Counted from the first letter of the whole stretch, positions 47,918 to 59,610 are shown. The stretch is 63,885 bases of DNA, filler included, from Olpidium bornovanus S191 (GCA_017911155.1; 31 parts of 31 records of this genome joined end to end with filler, not necessarily neighbours in it); one strand, 5' to 3'. A program made the numbers and translations. Notes: a model not told the origin generated them from the sequence alone.

Positions 47918-49345
47918 CTAACGCCCCGAGGTCTCGGGTACGGTAAAGGTGGACCCTGTCTGCTTGAGGCCGTCGCAGGAAAGTTTCCCGCCGAGCATGG
48001 TGCCCTCCATGAAGTCAAGCAACGTACGCGGCCGTTCCACCACCTTGGTCGGGACGAAGTGCTCGTTGGTCCCGCTGTCTGCGAGTAAAAGCTCTGCTAT
48101 GGAAGCGCCGTCCGTACGAGACTCGTCCGCGTAGAACTCCTCAATCTTCTCGTCAAGGTTCTCCTCGGTGACGAAGTTGTCTGCCTCATAGTAGAGCTGG
48201 AGGAGGACGTTGATGCGCTCACGGGACAGCCGAAGCTCGTGTTCCTTCCGGTTGCTCTCCCTGCCCTCCTTTATCAACCAGCGGGGGAGATTCGCAAAAT
48301 CACCTCCCTTGGGGGTGATCCGGAATGCATCGGCGTCGGTGGCAGGGTTGCCCGCTCGGCCAAGGACGGAGCCATCGGTGCTTGCCACGGATTTCCACCT
48401 CTTTCCCCGGGGCTGTCCCGTAGCGGTGATGGGCTCGTCTAACCCGTCGTTCCGGTAGATAGACCCGTCCGAGAGCGTAAAAACGGCGTTGCCCCCCGTG
48501 CTCCTCCACGGGTCATATATCCCTTTGACGTCCAAAGTCTCCAGTTCGTGCTCGGGACCCAGGGTACGGCTCGTTTCAATGCCTTCAGGCAAGAACCTCC
48601 CCGTCGCCTCTTCTTTCTCCTTCGACATCTCCGGGTTGATAAGAGCCCCCTTCCTTCCCGCTTTCAAGGCGGCGTTCTGCTCCCTCGCCTGGTTTGCCAT
48701 GGCCAACTCGCGCGTGTACTTCTCGCGGAGGCCGGCCATCGTGTGCTGGTATTGCAGGAAAGGGTCGCTGCCGTAGGCCGGTTCCTTTGCGAAATCTTTG
48801 TGCTGGAAATCGGGGAGACGCTGGCGAAGCGGAGCGCGCAGCTCCGCATTCGATTTGCCGAGGATGTCGGGGTGCAGCACGCGGAATTCGCTGTCCCAGG
48901 GCTTCGCCTTGGCCGCCGCCACCGCGTTCTTGACGGGCGGGGCTTTGCGGGGTCGCGCGAACGGCGCGACGTACCCCGTCTTGCCCGCGTTGTCCCGCCA
49001 CCAGTGTTCGTCCGGCCTGGGCGGCTTGCCCTGGCGCCCGAGGTCCGGGGTCCTCCTGGTCGGCGGGTACATCTTCTCGTGCTTCACTTCGGAAAAGCTC
49101 GGGTACTGGAGGACGGACTCGTGGCTCGACTGAGCCGTCGCGTGGAGGCCTCGCCGTCCGGGCTGCGCCGCCTCCTCGACCGCGGCAGCGCTTCGGTACA
49201 GCGCGGCGCGACACAAGGCGCGCCCCTCGGCTGCGCTGCCTGACATGGCGCGGGCCGTGGGGGGACGGCAAGCGGCGGAGCTCCAAGTCGCCGCGGTCGC
49301 CGCCCCGATGACGGCCGCAGCGCTCGCGGAGGTCTTTCCCGGCAT
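47918..49345 (-). CDS. Intronless 475-aa protein, probably a mitochondrial ribosomal protein (mS26/Pet123-like)
   Basis: Long ORF with an Ala/Arg-rich presequence-like N-terminus; RERINVLLQLYYEADNFVTEENLDEKIEEF resembles the Pet123/mS26 LYxxAxxFI...LDxxIxxxF segment. The family call is from memory. Confidence 0.5.
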   Translation of the reverse strand: MPGKTSASAAAVIGAATAATWSSAACRPPTARAMSGSAAEGRALCRAALYRSAAAVEEAAQPGRRGLHATAQSSHESVLQYPSFSEVKHEKMYPPTRRTPDLGRQGKPPRPDEHWWRDNAGKTGYVAPFARPRKAPPVKNAVAAAKAKPWDSEFRVLHPDILGKSNAELRAPLRQRLPDFQHKDFAKEPAYGSDPFLQYQHTMAGLREKYTRELAMANQAREQNAALKAGRKGALINPEMSKEKEEATGRFLPEGIETSRTLGPEHELETLDVKGIYDPWRSTGGNAVFTLSDGSIYRNDGLDEPITATGQPRGKRWKSVASTDGSVLGRAGNPATDADAFRITPKGGDFANLPRWLIKEGRESNRKEHELRLSRERINVLLQLYYEADNFVTEENLDEKIEEFYADESRTDGASIAELLLADSGTNEHFVPTKVVERPRTLLDFMEGTMLGGKLSCDGLKQTGSTFTVPETSGR

Positions 49346-49368
49346 CCTCTGCGGTGCGGGCGGGGGAA

Positions 49369-49462
<94 letters not shown>

Positions 49463-49562
49463 NNNNNNNNNNNNNNNNNNNNNNNNNNNNNNNNNNNNNN
49501 NNNNNNTTAATTAATTAANNNNNNNNNNNNNNNNNNNNNNNNNNNNNNNNNNNNNNNNNNNN

Positions 49563-49606
<44 letters not shown>

Positions 49607-49719
49607 GGCCGCGATTCTCAGCAAAAAAAAAAAAAAAAAAGGGGCCGCGATTCTCAGCAAAAAAAAAAAAAAAAAAGGAAACAGAAATCAAACCCCCCCA
49701 ACCCGCCGCCGCCGCCGCT

Positions 49720-50405
49720 TCACATTTCGTCCCGGCGCCGCTTCCGGCGCTTGGTCTGCGCGTCGCGGACGCCGCGGAAGTGGAACTGGGCGCTGTACGG
49801 CTCCTCGACCGGGCCGCCGCCTGGCTCGCACTTCAGCGCGCCGCCCGGCGGGGCCGCCGCCGCGTCCCGCACGCGGATCACGTGACGGACCTCGTCCATC
49901 AGGCCGGGCCCGGTGCCCAGCGCGCTCCTCCGGCGGAACGCCTGGCGGTCGGGGATTAGCGTGGCGGCGGGGTCGGCGGCCGGCGGGACGGCGGCGAACA
50001 CCGCGGGCCCGCCGTCCGGCGTCGCGCCGCCGTCGCCGACGGGGACGAAGTCGCCGTGGACGGCCGAGTTGTCGGCGAAGAGGGCGTCGCGGACCGCCCG
50101 CCCCAGGTCGGCGTTCTGCAGGAGGTCGGCGGGCGAGCCCCCCACAGCGCCCCCGAAAGCCGCTTGGACGTGCGCGGCGTCCACGTGCGGCTTGAACAGC
50201 CGGAGCTCCCACAGGTGCGTCGGCCGGTCCCGCCCCGCCCCGCCGTAGTCCTCGCGCGAGATCCCGACCGCCCTCAGCGGCGGGAAGTCGTCGCCGAGCG
50301 GCTGGCCGGCCAGGTCGCCCAGCAGCGACCCCTGCCGTGCGTACAGGACCGCCGTTGTCCGGATCGGCGTCGTCACGTCCTTGGCGATGCACTTGTGTTG
50401 CTGCA
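49720..50405 (-). CDS. Hypothetical protein, internal or terminal exon
   Basis: Open frame of about 225 codons with high GC3 after a (CT)n-CAG acceptor; family not recognised. Confidence 0.55.
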
Positions 50406-50504
50406 GAGAGAGAGAGAGAGAGAGATAGAGAGAGAGAGAGGGCGCGTGCGCCGGGACCGCGGTGAGAACAAAAAGTTCGAGGACCTGCGGGACTGAGCTC
50501 CAAA

Positions 50505-50586
<82 letters not shown>

Positions 50587-51011
50587 AAAAAAGGGGGGGG
50601 AAAAAAAAAAAAAAAAAAAAAAAAGCGCCGNNNNNNNNNNNNNNNNNNNNNNNNNNNNNNNNNNNNNNNNNNNNTTAATTAATTAANNNNNNNNNNNNNN
50701 NNNNNNNNNNNNNNNNNNNNNNNNNNNNNNCATGTGTTTTAAAAATAGGGGACAGTGGTTGGGACCGGCGGCGGGCCGAGTCTAGCTGGGCCTCCCACGG
50801 AGGCCAGGTTCTCCTCTCGACCTCCGTACTACCCCGCTAAGCGGTCCCACGCCAATTACCATACGCGATAAGTATATTACCTCCACCCTATACCAATAAT
50901 TGCGTACTGCTATGGACAATGCCCATAAACTATGTGGTATAAATCGTGCCAATGTGAGTCATTACTATGGCATTATATTTAAACAGAACGGAGTTTTGGT
51001 AAGGCCAATAG

Positions 51012-51399
51012 CTGCAGAAGCGGAGGCGGAACGAGAGCGGGAACGGAGGAGCGAGAGCGGGAGCGGAGAGCGTTTGTTTTCTTGTTGTGTTTCGGGTGAG
51101 GGTGAAATGCAAATTCACCTGTGGCGCACTCCCCGAGGGGGTTTTTACACCCCCCTGTTGAAGCTGTCCAGGCCACCGGGGCGGGTGCTTCGATGGGCGC
51201 ATCTAAGTGAGGTCGTTATGGGCGCTACAGAGAGTGCATTGGAGTGAGGTCGGTACAGGTGATACAGGCGCTACTGAGAGCGCATCAATTGTCACCAGCC
51301 AGTCCTTCAAAGAGCACTTCAACAGGCTCTTCGAGGAAAGTGTTTAAGATACGCCATCGAGACAACAGGTGTCGAGACAGCAGGCAGCACTACCTCTAC
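51012..51399. repeat. Dispersed unclassified repeat, copy 2 (CpG-depleted relative to 34087-34590)
   Basis: Colinear with copy 1; many CG to TG/CA differences. Confidence 0.85.
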
Positions 51400-52151
51400 G
51401 TATAAACCTCCGCTACGCAGCGCGTCCCCCACCACTTTACGGGTATAATTTTGGTTCAAAATCTAATCTAGTTAATACACTAACTATATTAACATATCAA
51501 GATTTGAGGTTTTGTTACCGTCTGTTCGGGTTTTCATTGGCAATTTTCGAGCGGGGTTTTTTGTGGTACAAGTTGGAGGAGCTCTGATTTTATTGCCAGG
51601 GTTACCCTGGAATTTCAGCTAAGATGCATAATGGAGTTTAAGGTCTGGGTTACGCCTAAAAAGGGAAAGAAGCCCCTGTGATGCATTTTGCTGGTTCTCG
51701 TTGGTCTATTTTTAAGGACGCTCCCTATCCAGAGTGCACCTCTTGTGCTTTTCCATGGGGCGCCTCGTTCTGGTATGTGCCCGTTATGCTCCTGGGAGGG
51801 GGGGGGGGCGTCCTCTTTCTGGCGTGCGTCCCTTGTTCGACGAAGGAGGTGTCCCGTTCTGGTGCCCTTCATAATCATGCACCAATATAAGCTGCTATAC
51901 CATTTCAACCTGACCCACCCCCCGCTGAAGTTTCTGACGTTAGACGAGCCACGGACGTCCTTTTTGTCTTTACTTTTCAGTCTCGTTTCAGATGGATGCA
52001 TCTCCCGCACGACGCCCCGTCTTAGAATGCAGCAGGACCTTTGCGCAGCCAGGAAAACGCCGAACGCAGTTGGGTCGCCGCAGGCAAGGGACCAGAATCC
52101 GCTGCGCTTGATTTGAATGCAATTGGTCGCTGTTCACTTCGCAGTGCATTT

Positions 52152-52187
<36 letters not shown>

Positions 52188-52246
52188 CTTTCTCCCCCGC
52201 GGTCCCAAACACCCCTCGCCCATCCAACTTCCCGCACATAAAAACG

Positions 52247-53383
52247 ATGAGCCCCGCGGTGCCGTCGCAAGCCTGCCTGGGCCGCCTGCTGCTCCTCAGG
52301 CCCATCGCCGGCACCCCGTCGCGGCCGCAGGCCGCTGCTGCTGCTCTTACGGCAAGGCGCTGCACCTGCCTGCCGCGCCGCCGCCCGCCCCCGGGGGCGC
52401 CGCGGACGGTCACTCTCGGGCAGGCGCGCCAGATCGACGTCCAGCTGCGCACCTTGTTTCCCGAGCAGCCGCTGAGCCCCAGGATCGTCACCGCCGAGAT
52501 CCCCGGCCCGCGTAGCCTGGAGTCGTTGCGACGGATGGACGCCGTGCAGGACGCGCGCTCGGCGATTTTTGTCATGGATCCGGAGAAGTCGGTGGGAAAC
52601 TACGTCGCAGACGTGGACGGTCGGTGTCTCCCTCGCGATGCCGCTGGGAGTTGTGGTCGCGCGGCGCGTTTTGGAAAAAGGGTGTCGCCCGCTCCCGGCG
52701 CAAACGGCCGCTGAATAGCCGATTGCTGTCCCCGTCTTCCCAGGTAATCTGTTCCTCGACATGCACTGCCATCTTGCAAGGTAACCGGTTCGGGCTGACC
52801 GAATCCCCACGAATAGTGGGAAGGCCGCCGCGTCGCCTGTCGTTTTCTTCCGTCAGGCGCGCTGAGCCTGCCAACGGACGACGACCTCGGCGCCCGCAGG
52901 TAACTAAACGCCCAGCTGCAGCCTGTCACTAGGGTACAACAACCCGCAACTTGTGAAGGCAGCGAACAGCGACGAGACCGCGTCCGCGTTGGCAAACCGC
53001 CCTGCGCTGGGTGTGCTGCCGACCAAGGAGTGGATCGAGTTCGTGGAACAGTCACTGATGAGGGTGTCGCCCAGGGGGCTGGACAACGTGTTCACCACCG
53101 CTTGTGGGAGCTCTGCAAACGAGTGCGCCGTAAGGGAGCCGCGTTGTTCGCTCGTTCATCCCCGTACCCCATCGTCCCCCCTTCTTCCCGCTCCCTCTCC
53201 CGGTCACCGTTACTCCAGACGTTCTGGTGGCTGACCTCAGTTTTGACGTACGGTCGACGCAAAGATCAAAGTCGCTTTCATGCACTTCCAACACCGAAAG
53301 CGATTTACCCAAGCTGGTGTCGCGGCGCGGAGTTGGCACGACGACTTCACGCAAGAGGATATTGCTTCTTGCATGCGGAACGA
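52247..53383 (+). CDS. UGA1: 4-aminobutyrate aminotransferase (GABA transaminase), 5' part with mitochondrial presequence
   Basis: EIPGPRS, DPEKSVGNYVADVDG-NLFLD, SLGYNNPQL, ANRPALGVLP, LDNVFTTACGSSANE, FTQEDIASCMRN. Confidence 0.95.
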
Positions 53384-54595
53384 NNNNNNNNNNNNNNNNN
53401 NNNNNNNNNNNNNNNNNNNNNNNNNNNTTAATTAATTAANNNNNNNNNNNNNNNNNNNNNNNNNNNNNNNNNNNNNNNNNNNNCATGATGGGAAAAATAA
53501 AATAGGAAACGTTTGTGTCGCGAGCGACAGGCGGGGAAGGGGCGAAAGAGCCCGCGCCCGGAAAAAAAACGCGCGGGGGGCAGCAAATATCGTAATTTTA
53601 CAGTTGTCTACTGAAGGCAAGAAAGGGTTCCGGCGGATATGGTGTACCATACCCTCTTATTTTTTGTTCCCTTCGTTTCAGTTCGAACGCAATGAACCGG
53701 ATTGAAACAAGCGCATGGACCTAGCTCGTGGCAGAGCCTTGCGCATTCTTGTGGCGTCGTCCACGGCGACCGAGCCACAAGGTACCGTTGATTGCGGCCG
53801 GAATTTGCCACGCGATTTAGCAGCGCATTCTCTTTGACACTGTGCGTGGGACAGTACCGTGATCACACTGTGCTCGAGTGGACCCGTCCAGTATGGCCCC
53901 AGTCTCCTCGTGGAGACACCATCTGACGACAGCGTCGCAGCCAGACAGAAAAAAAAAGAATGCGCGGATGCAGTGTGCCAAAAAATGAAGCTTCCCCGGA
54001 GAAGGATTCGACTGAAACAGCCGCAGAGGCGGGTGCAGTGGACTTGCAACGGAACATAGCGGATTTGCCTTGAGTCGGCAAAAAAGAGGCGTCGCTCTCC
54101 GACGGGCGGAGTGGTGCGGGTGTTCCCGGACTGGCCCTAGACAGCGTGCGATTTCTGCGACGCAACAGAAGAAGCCGAAAAAAGCAGGGTGCAACGCTTC
54201 CTTTTCCGCCGCCGCAGCGTGGAAGCGGCGGTTTCAAAGCACGCAGGTGACTAAGTTGAAAAGGCGGGCCAATTCAACAGCCAAAAAAATTAAAGGGCTG
54301 GGGGGGAGTGATCATGAAGATGACTATTTACTGGAGCAGGTGGGCCAAATCGGGAGAGAGAGATAAAATAAATAACGGAGAAAAAAAGAGAAAAGAAAAG
54401 AGAGAGAGAGCGAGAGAGAGAAAGAGAGAGAGTTTATGAAGTGGCAGATAATGCAAAGGTGACATCCCCTTTTTGTCCCGGCACACAAGACCCCAAGAGC
54501 CAATGTATAACTCGCCATGCAGAAGGAGCGGGGAAGGGGGGAGGATGGGAGCGCGCGCGGTTGGCCCCTGCCCCCTTTTTTTCTTCCCCACGGCC

Positions 54596-54629
<34 letters not shown>

Positions 54630-54771
54630 CCCGGGCCCCTTTTCGCCGGCCGGCCGGCCGCCTCGCCGGTAAACACGAACGCTGGGCTGGTTCCAGGTCC
54701 TCCGGATATTCTGGCGCTGGGTGCCCAAGTTCAACGGGATCCCTGGCGCCAGGCGTCCCTGCATCCACCCG

Positions 54772-54833
54772 ATGGGCAAGGCGAAATTTTACGCGGTGAA
54801 GGTCGGCAGGGTTCCCGGCGTGTACACGTCCTG
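54772..54833 (+). CDS. RNH1: Ribonuclease H1, first exon (hybrid-binding domain); gene truncated by contig end
   Basis: MGKAKFYAVKVGRVPGVYTSW followed by a GTGAGG donor matches the RNase H1 N-terminal (Cauli_VI) motif KFYAVxxGRxPGxYxxW. Confidence 0.8.
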
Positions 54834-55106
54834 GTGAGGGAAAAAGATGGAGAGAGAGAGAAAGAGCGAGAGAGAGAGAGCGAGCGAGAGAGAGAGAGAG
54901 AGAGAGAGACAGTCTCGGAAGGGCCGGGCGGGGGAAGGGGTGTCGGCCGATTTCATCCTCTTCTCGCCCTGGCAAGGGACACCGGCGCGGGGCGGGAAAG
55001 GTTCCGNNNNNNNNNNNNNNNNNNNNNNNNNNNNNNNNNNNNNNNNNNNNTTAATTAATTAANNNNNNNNNNNNNNNNNNNNNNNNNNNNNNNNNNNNNN
55101 NNNNNN

Positions 55107-56490
55107 GTAAAGCAGGCCCGCGCCCCAAACGGCCTCCGCGGCGTACTTGGCGACCTCGAGGTACTCTTCGTCGCCGTAAATCTCGTACGCCTTGGCGGCA
55201 CACAGACCTATCCCGGGTGCGCCATGGCAGAACTGAACCAGCCGGTAATCAGACTCCGACTGGCGGTGCCCTTGGTCGACGTGAATGGGGAATCTCCAGT
55301 TTGGCCGAATGAGCGAGAACAGGTGGGATAGAGTGGCTGGGTTTTGTCTCACGCGGCGGATGACATGAGATTAGCCAAACCCGGGGTGAGAGCGGCAAGA
55401 CGCAGCGGCGAACGGCGTGGGGCACAAAGAGGGGGGGACAGAGATCGAAAGACGCAAACTCGGAGCGTCCATGTAGGAAGCAATAAAAATTTCACAAAAA
55501 CGATGGAACGGAGCAAGAAGGAAAACCCACCCCTTATTTCCTTTTCGTATTCCTCGGCCAGGTCTTCGAAGGCCAAAAGGCAGGTAAGTATACCGGCCGA
55601 CCCATGAGCTCCTCCAGCGTAGAAGCTTCCGTGCCATTCCCATGTCATGGGGCGTTTCTCTTCGGGCATCTCGGGAAGCTCCCTGGCCGCCGTGACTTGC
55701 CCGTCTTCGATGATCGCCTCGTAGACCGAAGCGACCAGTGCGGGAGGCACCAGAGGCTCAAGCAGGGAAGCCGGGATGTACTTCTGCAAGAATTTCAAGG
55801 CATACAGGTACCCGGCGCGCCCTGCAAGTTTTTTAGACGTAAAGACAACGAATTTGAACTCGGACCCGCGAAAATAATCGGCTACACTTCCGCGGCGGGG
55901 TTGGGCGAACGGCGCTACCATATAGAGGCTCAGACGGCGTCCGTGGCGACAGAGCCGTCTTCTCAAGAGCCACGACCTGCTCGATACAGTTCTTGGCCAG
56001 GTCCTCGATACCGCAGTGATGAAAAACTGCCCTCACAGAAAGGGAGGGCGACGCGTTACGCGAAGCCGCGATCGGTCGCGGCCTTGTTATTTTTATTTTT
56101 TTTTTATTTTTTTTTTATTTTTTTTATTTTTTTTACGCAAAAGCTTCCTCCTTTTATACCAACAGCTCCAACAGCGTCTGTCGGCAAGCCGCACGGCGGG
56201 TTTCGAAACGAGGACGGCGTAAGCGGTTCGGTTTCTCCGGACTCGGTCGAGGCGAGAGAAGACGGGCTGCCTGGCGCTGCCCGCCGAGGGGGGGAAAGGG
56301 GGGTTACGTACACACTCCGACGGCCGAGATGATGAACGAGCACTCGTGCTTGCGCGCCTCGCAGTTTTCCAGCGCGTCTTCGACGTACATGCGGGCCAGC
56401 GCGAGCGCGCCCTTTCCCTCGAGTTCAAAGTTCTGGAAGTTTTTCGCCCCGTTACGGAACCGGAGGCGGGTTTCTCGCAAAGCCGACCCG
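55107..56490 (-). CDS. LanC-like protein (LANCL family), partial
   Basis: SEPLYG-RAGYLYAL (spliced), TWEWHGSFYAGGAHGSAGIL, LVQFCHGAPG, YLEVAKYAAEAVW...GLL. Confidence 0.9.
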
Positions 56491-57917
56491 GCCCCGGGAG
56501 GGGAGGGGGGGGGGGGAGGGGGGGCCGGGGGGGGGGGGGGGGCGGGGGGGGGGGGGTATTCCCTGCTCTCCCCCACTGACCAACAAAATGGTCTCCCCCA
56601 TTCGACCTTCCCCGCTTTCGCGTTACATGTTTTCGACATTTTCCAAGCTCGCCCACCCAGATAAAAAGGAAAAAAAAANNNNNNNNNNNNNNNNNNNNNN
56701 NNNNNNNNNNNNNNNNNNNNNNTTAATTAATTAANNNNNNNNNNNNNNNNNNNNNNNNNNNNNNNNNNNNNNNNNNNNGACGACTCGGGGCGCGCGCCGG
56801 GGTGCGCGTCACCGGGTGGGCGTGGCAGCGCGCCGCGGAGGGGGGGGGGGGGGGGGGGGCGGGGGGTCAGGGAGGGTTGGTACGGGAAATGCTGACCAAC
56901 GAGGAAGTTCCCGTAGAAGCGGCGCGCCGGCGCGGAAAAGGAACCTTGGCTTGAATCGCCGCCGCGATATCCTGCTCGCTCTTGGCGCTGCGCAGCTCGT
57001 GCAGCGCCAGCCCCCTCTGCGAAAGCTCGGTTTCGAAAGGTATTGGCTCGAGCCACGCGCAGTCCGGCTCAAATATCCGCGCGTCGCCCATCTCTCCGCG
57101 ACCCTGCCGCCGCCTCCTCTGCTCGTGGCAAACGCCGCGCGCGCCCGCTGAGGCAGGCTAAGCCCCCTGGGACGGGGGCCGTTCCGGGGGTGAACTCCGG
57201 GTTTCGATTGCTGCGTGCTCGCGAACAGGTCCCTGCGTGGGCGAGAGGAGCAGGAATTCGCTGCCGTCTGCCAGCAACGGCGGCTTCGCACGCGGCGGTC
57301 AGTTTGGCAGAGTCCGTTGGTCTCTTGAAGCGGCCGGTTGATACTGCGGAATGTCTCGGAATCTCGTTTGTTGCGCCGGCAGGCGCCGTCGTGCGCCACT
57401 TGGCCAGCTTCGCTTGAATCAATCGCGCCGGGTCGGAGAATCTTTTTTGGGCGAACGTCGTTTGCACCCCACCCCGCAAGTGAACTGATAAATTGTGAAG
57501 GGGAAGTTACCGATGCAGGCCCAATCTGCGAAATAATTTATACATCAGGGCCAACGGCCAAAAATAATTTCAAAATGGAACCTGGTGACTGACTGTGACA
57601 AATCTGCCTCGGAGCAACCAGGGATAGAATGATTTGCAGGCGGATCGGCTGGGGCAATTTCAGGGAGAAAAAAACTGACGCGCGTCGGCTGGGAGCACTG
57701 GCGGAAAATTGCGTCAGAGGCTGGTCGTGCCGGGTGCAATGGGGAGCAGCAGCCTGGGAACCGCTTGCGTTAAAGGTTGGGGGAAGCGTGGCGACGTCAG
57801 CTGGGTTACGGCATGAANNNNNNNNNNNNNNNNNNNNNNNNNNNNNNNNNNNNNNNNNNNNTTAATTAATTAANNNNNNNNNNNNNNNNNNNNNNNNNNN
57901 NNNNNNNNNNNNNNNNN

Positions 57918-58880
57918 CCGCGGGCGCCACCACACTGGTGGGCCCGCCCGTGCCGTCCTTGGTCTTGGTCTCGATCTGGAGGTCACGTGATGTCGCGACT
58001 AGACACACTGGTGTGTCTAGTGATCTCGGCGATTTCTGGATCACGTGACCGTTGCTCGGCAGGCGTTCCCGAGAGGGGCTTGACGCGGCCTGAGGGGTTT
58101 GGTGCCACCGTGGCGGGCGCGCCGTGACAGAAGACGGGGTGGATCTGGGGGAAGGGCGGAGGAAGCGCCAGTGTGTAGTTGTCCTTTTCGTCTTTGTCGG
58201 TGACAAGAAAAGGCCCAACATAAGGTGCCGCGTATTTTCGGGATAGCAGTTTTTCCTCGTGTCGGAGGCCTTCGCGGAGGAGGAGAACGTGGTCGCCAAC
58301 GGCGTATTGGATGTCTTGCTTGTGCGGTAAGGTGTAAGCGTTTTGCCGGTGACAAGAAAAGGCCCAACATAGGGTGCCACGTATTTTCGGGATAGCAGTT
58401 TTTCCTTGTGCCGGAGGCCTTCGCGGAGGAGGAGGACGTGGTCGCCAACGGCGTATTGGATGTCTTGCGTGTGTGGTACGGTGTGGGCGTGTCTTGCGCA
58501 GCGTGGTACGGGCGCTCCGTGTGGGGCGCGTCGTGCATGGGCATGCCGTGCATGGGCGTGCCATGCATGGGCACGCTGTGCGAGGGCGCGCCGTGCGCAA
58601 AGGGCGTTCGGCGGCGTGGGATCCTATGTGTGGTTCCACGTGGGTGCGCGGAGCGTGCGGGTGTGGCCCCCTGCGCGGGCACGCCGAGTGTGTGGGCCCC
58701 CCTGCGTGGGGCCACCACGTGCCAAGGGGGGGACTGGCCACACCAGGCAAGGGGGCGGTGTGGGCCCACACGCCGCAGCGCCGCGCGTGTGTGTTGTGTG
58801 TGCGAAGGCGGAGGGCGCTGCTGCGACACCCGTGCTCCCTTTGGGGTTGGCTTGGTTCAATGATTCCAGTGTGGAATCAT
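57918..58880 (-). mobile_element. Rearranged, probably non-autonomous Ty3/gypsy derivative (integrase C-terminus duplicated)
   Basis: YAVGDHVLLLRE...KLLSRKYAAPYVGPFLV...NYTLALPPPFPQIHPVF (GPY/F-type integrase tail). The segment is duplicated with a 149-nt period (58199 and 58348), which shifts frame. A 15-bp tandem array lies at about 58533-58590. Confidence 0.75.
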
Positions 58881-59610
58881 AGAAGGCTTACTTGGTTTTT
58901 GGGTTTTTGGGTTTTCGGGTTTTCAGTGGGGGGGGCGGGTTTTCGGTGGGGGACTGGTTTTCGGTGTGCCCGGGGGCCGGCGCGCTGCGGCCGGCGCCAG
59001 CGGCGGCTCGAAAAATATTTTTGTTCCCGCTCCAGCCTTTTTTTATCCTCTCTGTCCTCCCTGTCCTGCCGGCATCAAGCTTTTTTGGTTCCCTTTTTGG
59101 CTTTCTTTCTAATGCCTTAGTCACCCTGCCAGCGTCCAGCTTTTTTTCGCTTTTCTTCTAAGGCCTCAGTGCGCCCGGCCGCCCTCAGCCTCCCCTCGGG
59201 CCTCCCTCAGGCTGACTCTGACAGCAAGAGGGTGTGCCACTGGAGTTGTTCATCAAACCTGAATATTCAGCAGTGGACAAGAGCAGAATACGTGGGAAAT
59301 ATGAGACAGTGCTGGTCACGTTGCGAAACAGCTATTTCTGTGTACTTACCGTCCTGTACTGTCGGGGCAGGTAACTGGACAGAGGAAAGGTGGGAATCTA
59401 AGCCGGCAGCAGCCTCACCGGAGTGGGTAGCTAACAAGGAAGTACAAGCAAAGAAGCCACAGATTAGGAAACGCGAGAAAGAACCAGAAGACCAAGCGAG
59501 CCTCACTTTANNNNNNNNNNNNNNNNNNNNNNNNNNNNNNNNNNNNNNNNNNNNTTAATTAATTAANNNNNNNNNNNNNNNNNNNNNNNNNNNNNNNNNN
59601 NNNNNNNNNN

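Noticed and set aside
49369-49462. ~94-nt poly(G) as a G-quadruplex element
   Set aside because: It runs into a contig end; long terminal poly(G) is a common sequencing or assembly artefact, so its length cannot be trusted.
49563-49680. Duplicated GGGGCCGCGATTCTCAGC between poly(A) runs
   Set aside because: Short exact duplication between homopolymers at a contig edge; likely mis-assembly.
49720-50405. CENP-N/Chl4 assignment for the hypothetical exon
   Set aside because: Only a vague resemblance in the last 40 aa; not supportable without a profile search.
56779-57817. Identifiable gene on this contig
   Set aside because: A coding-like segment (IFEPDCAWLEPIPFETELSQRGLALHEL) is present on the minus strand but has no recognisable family or reliable exon chain.
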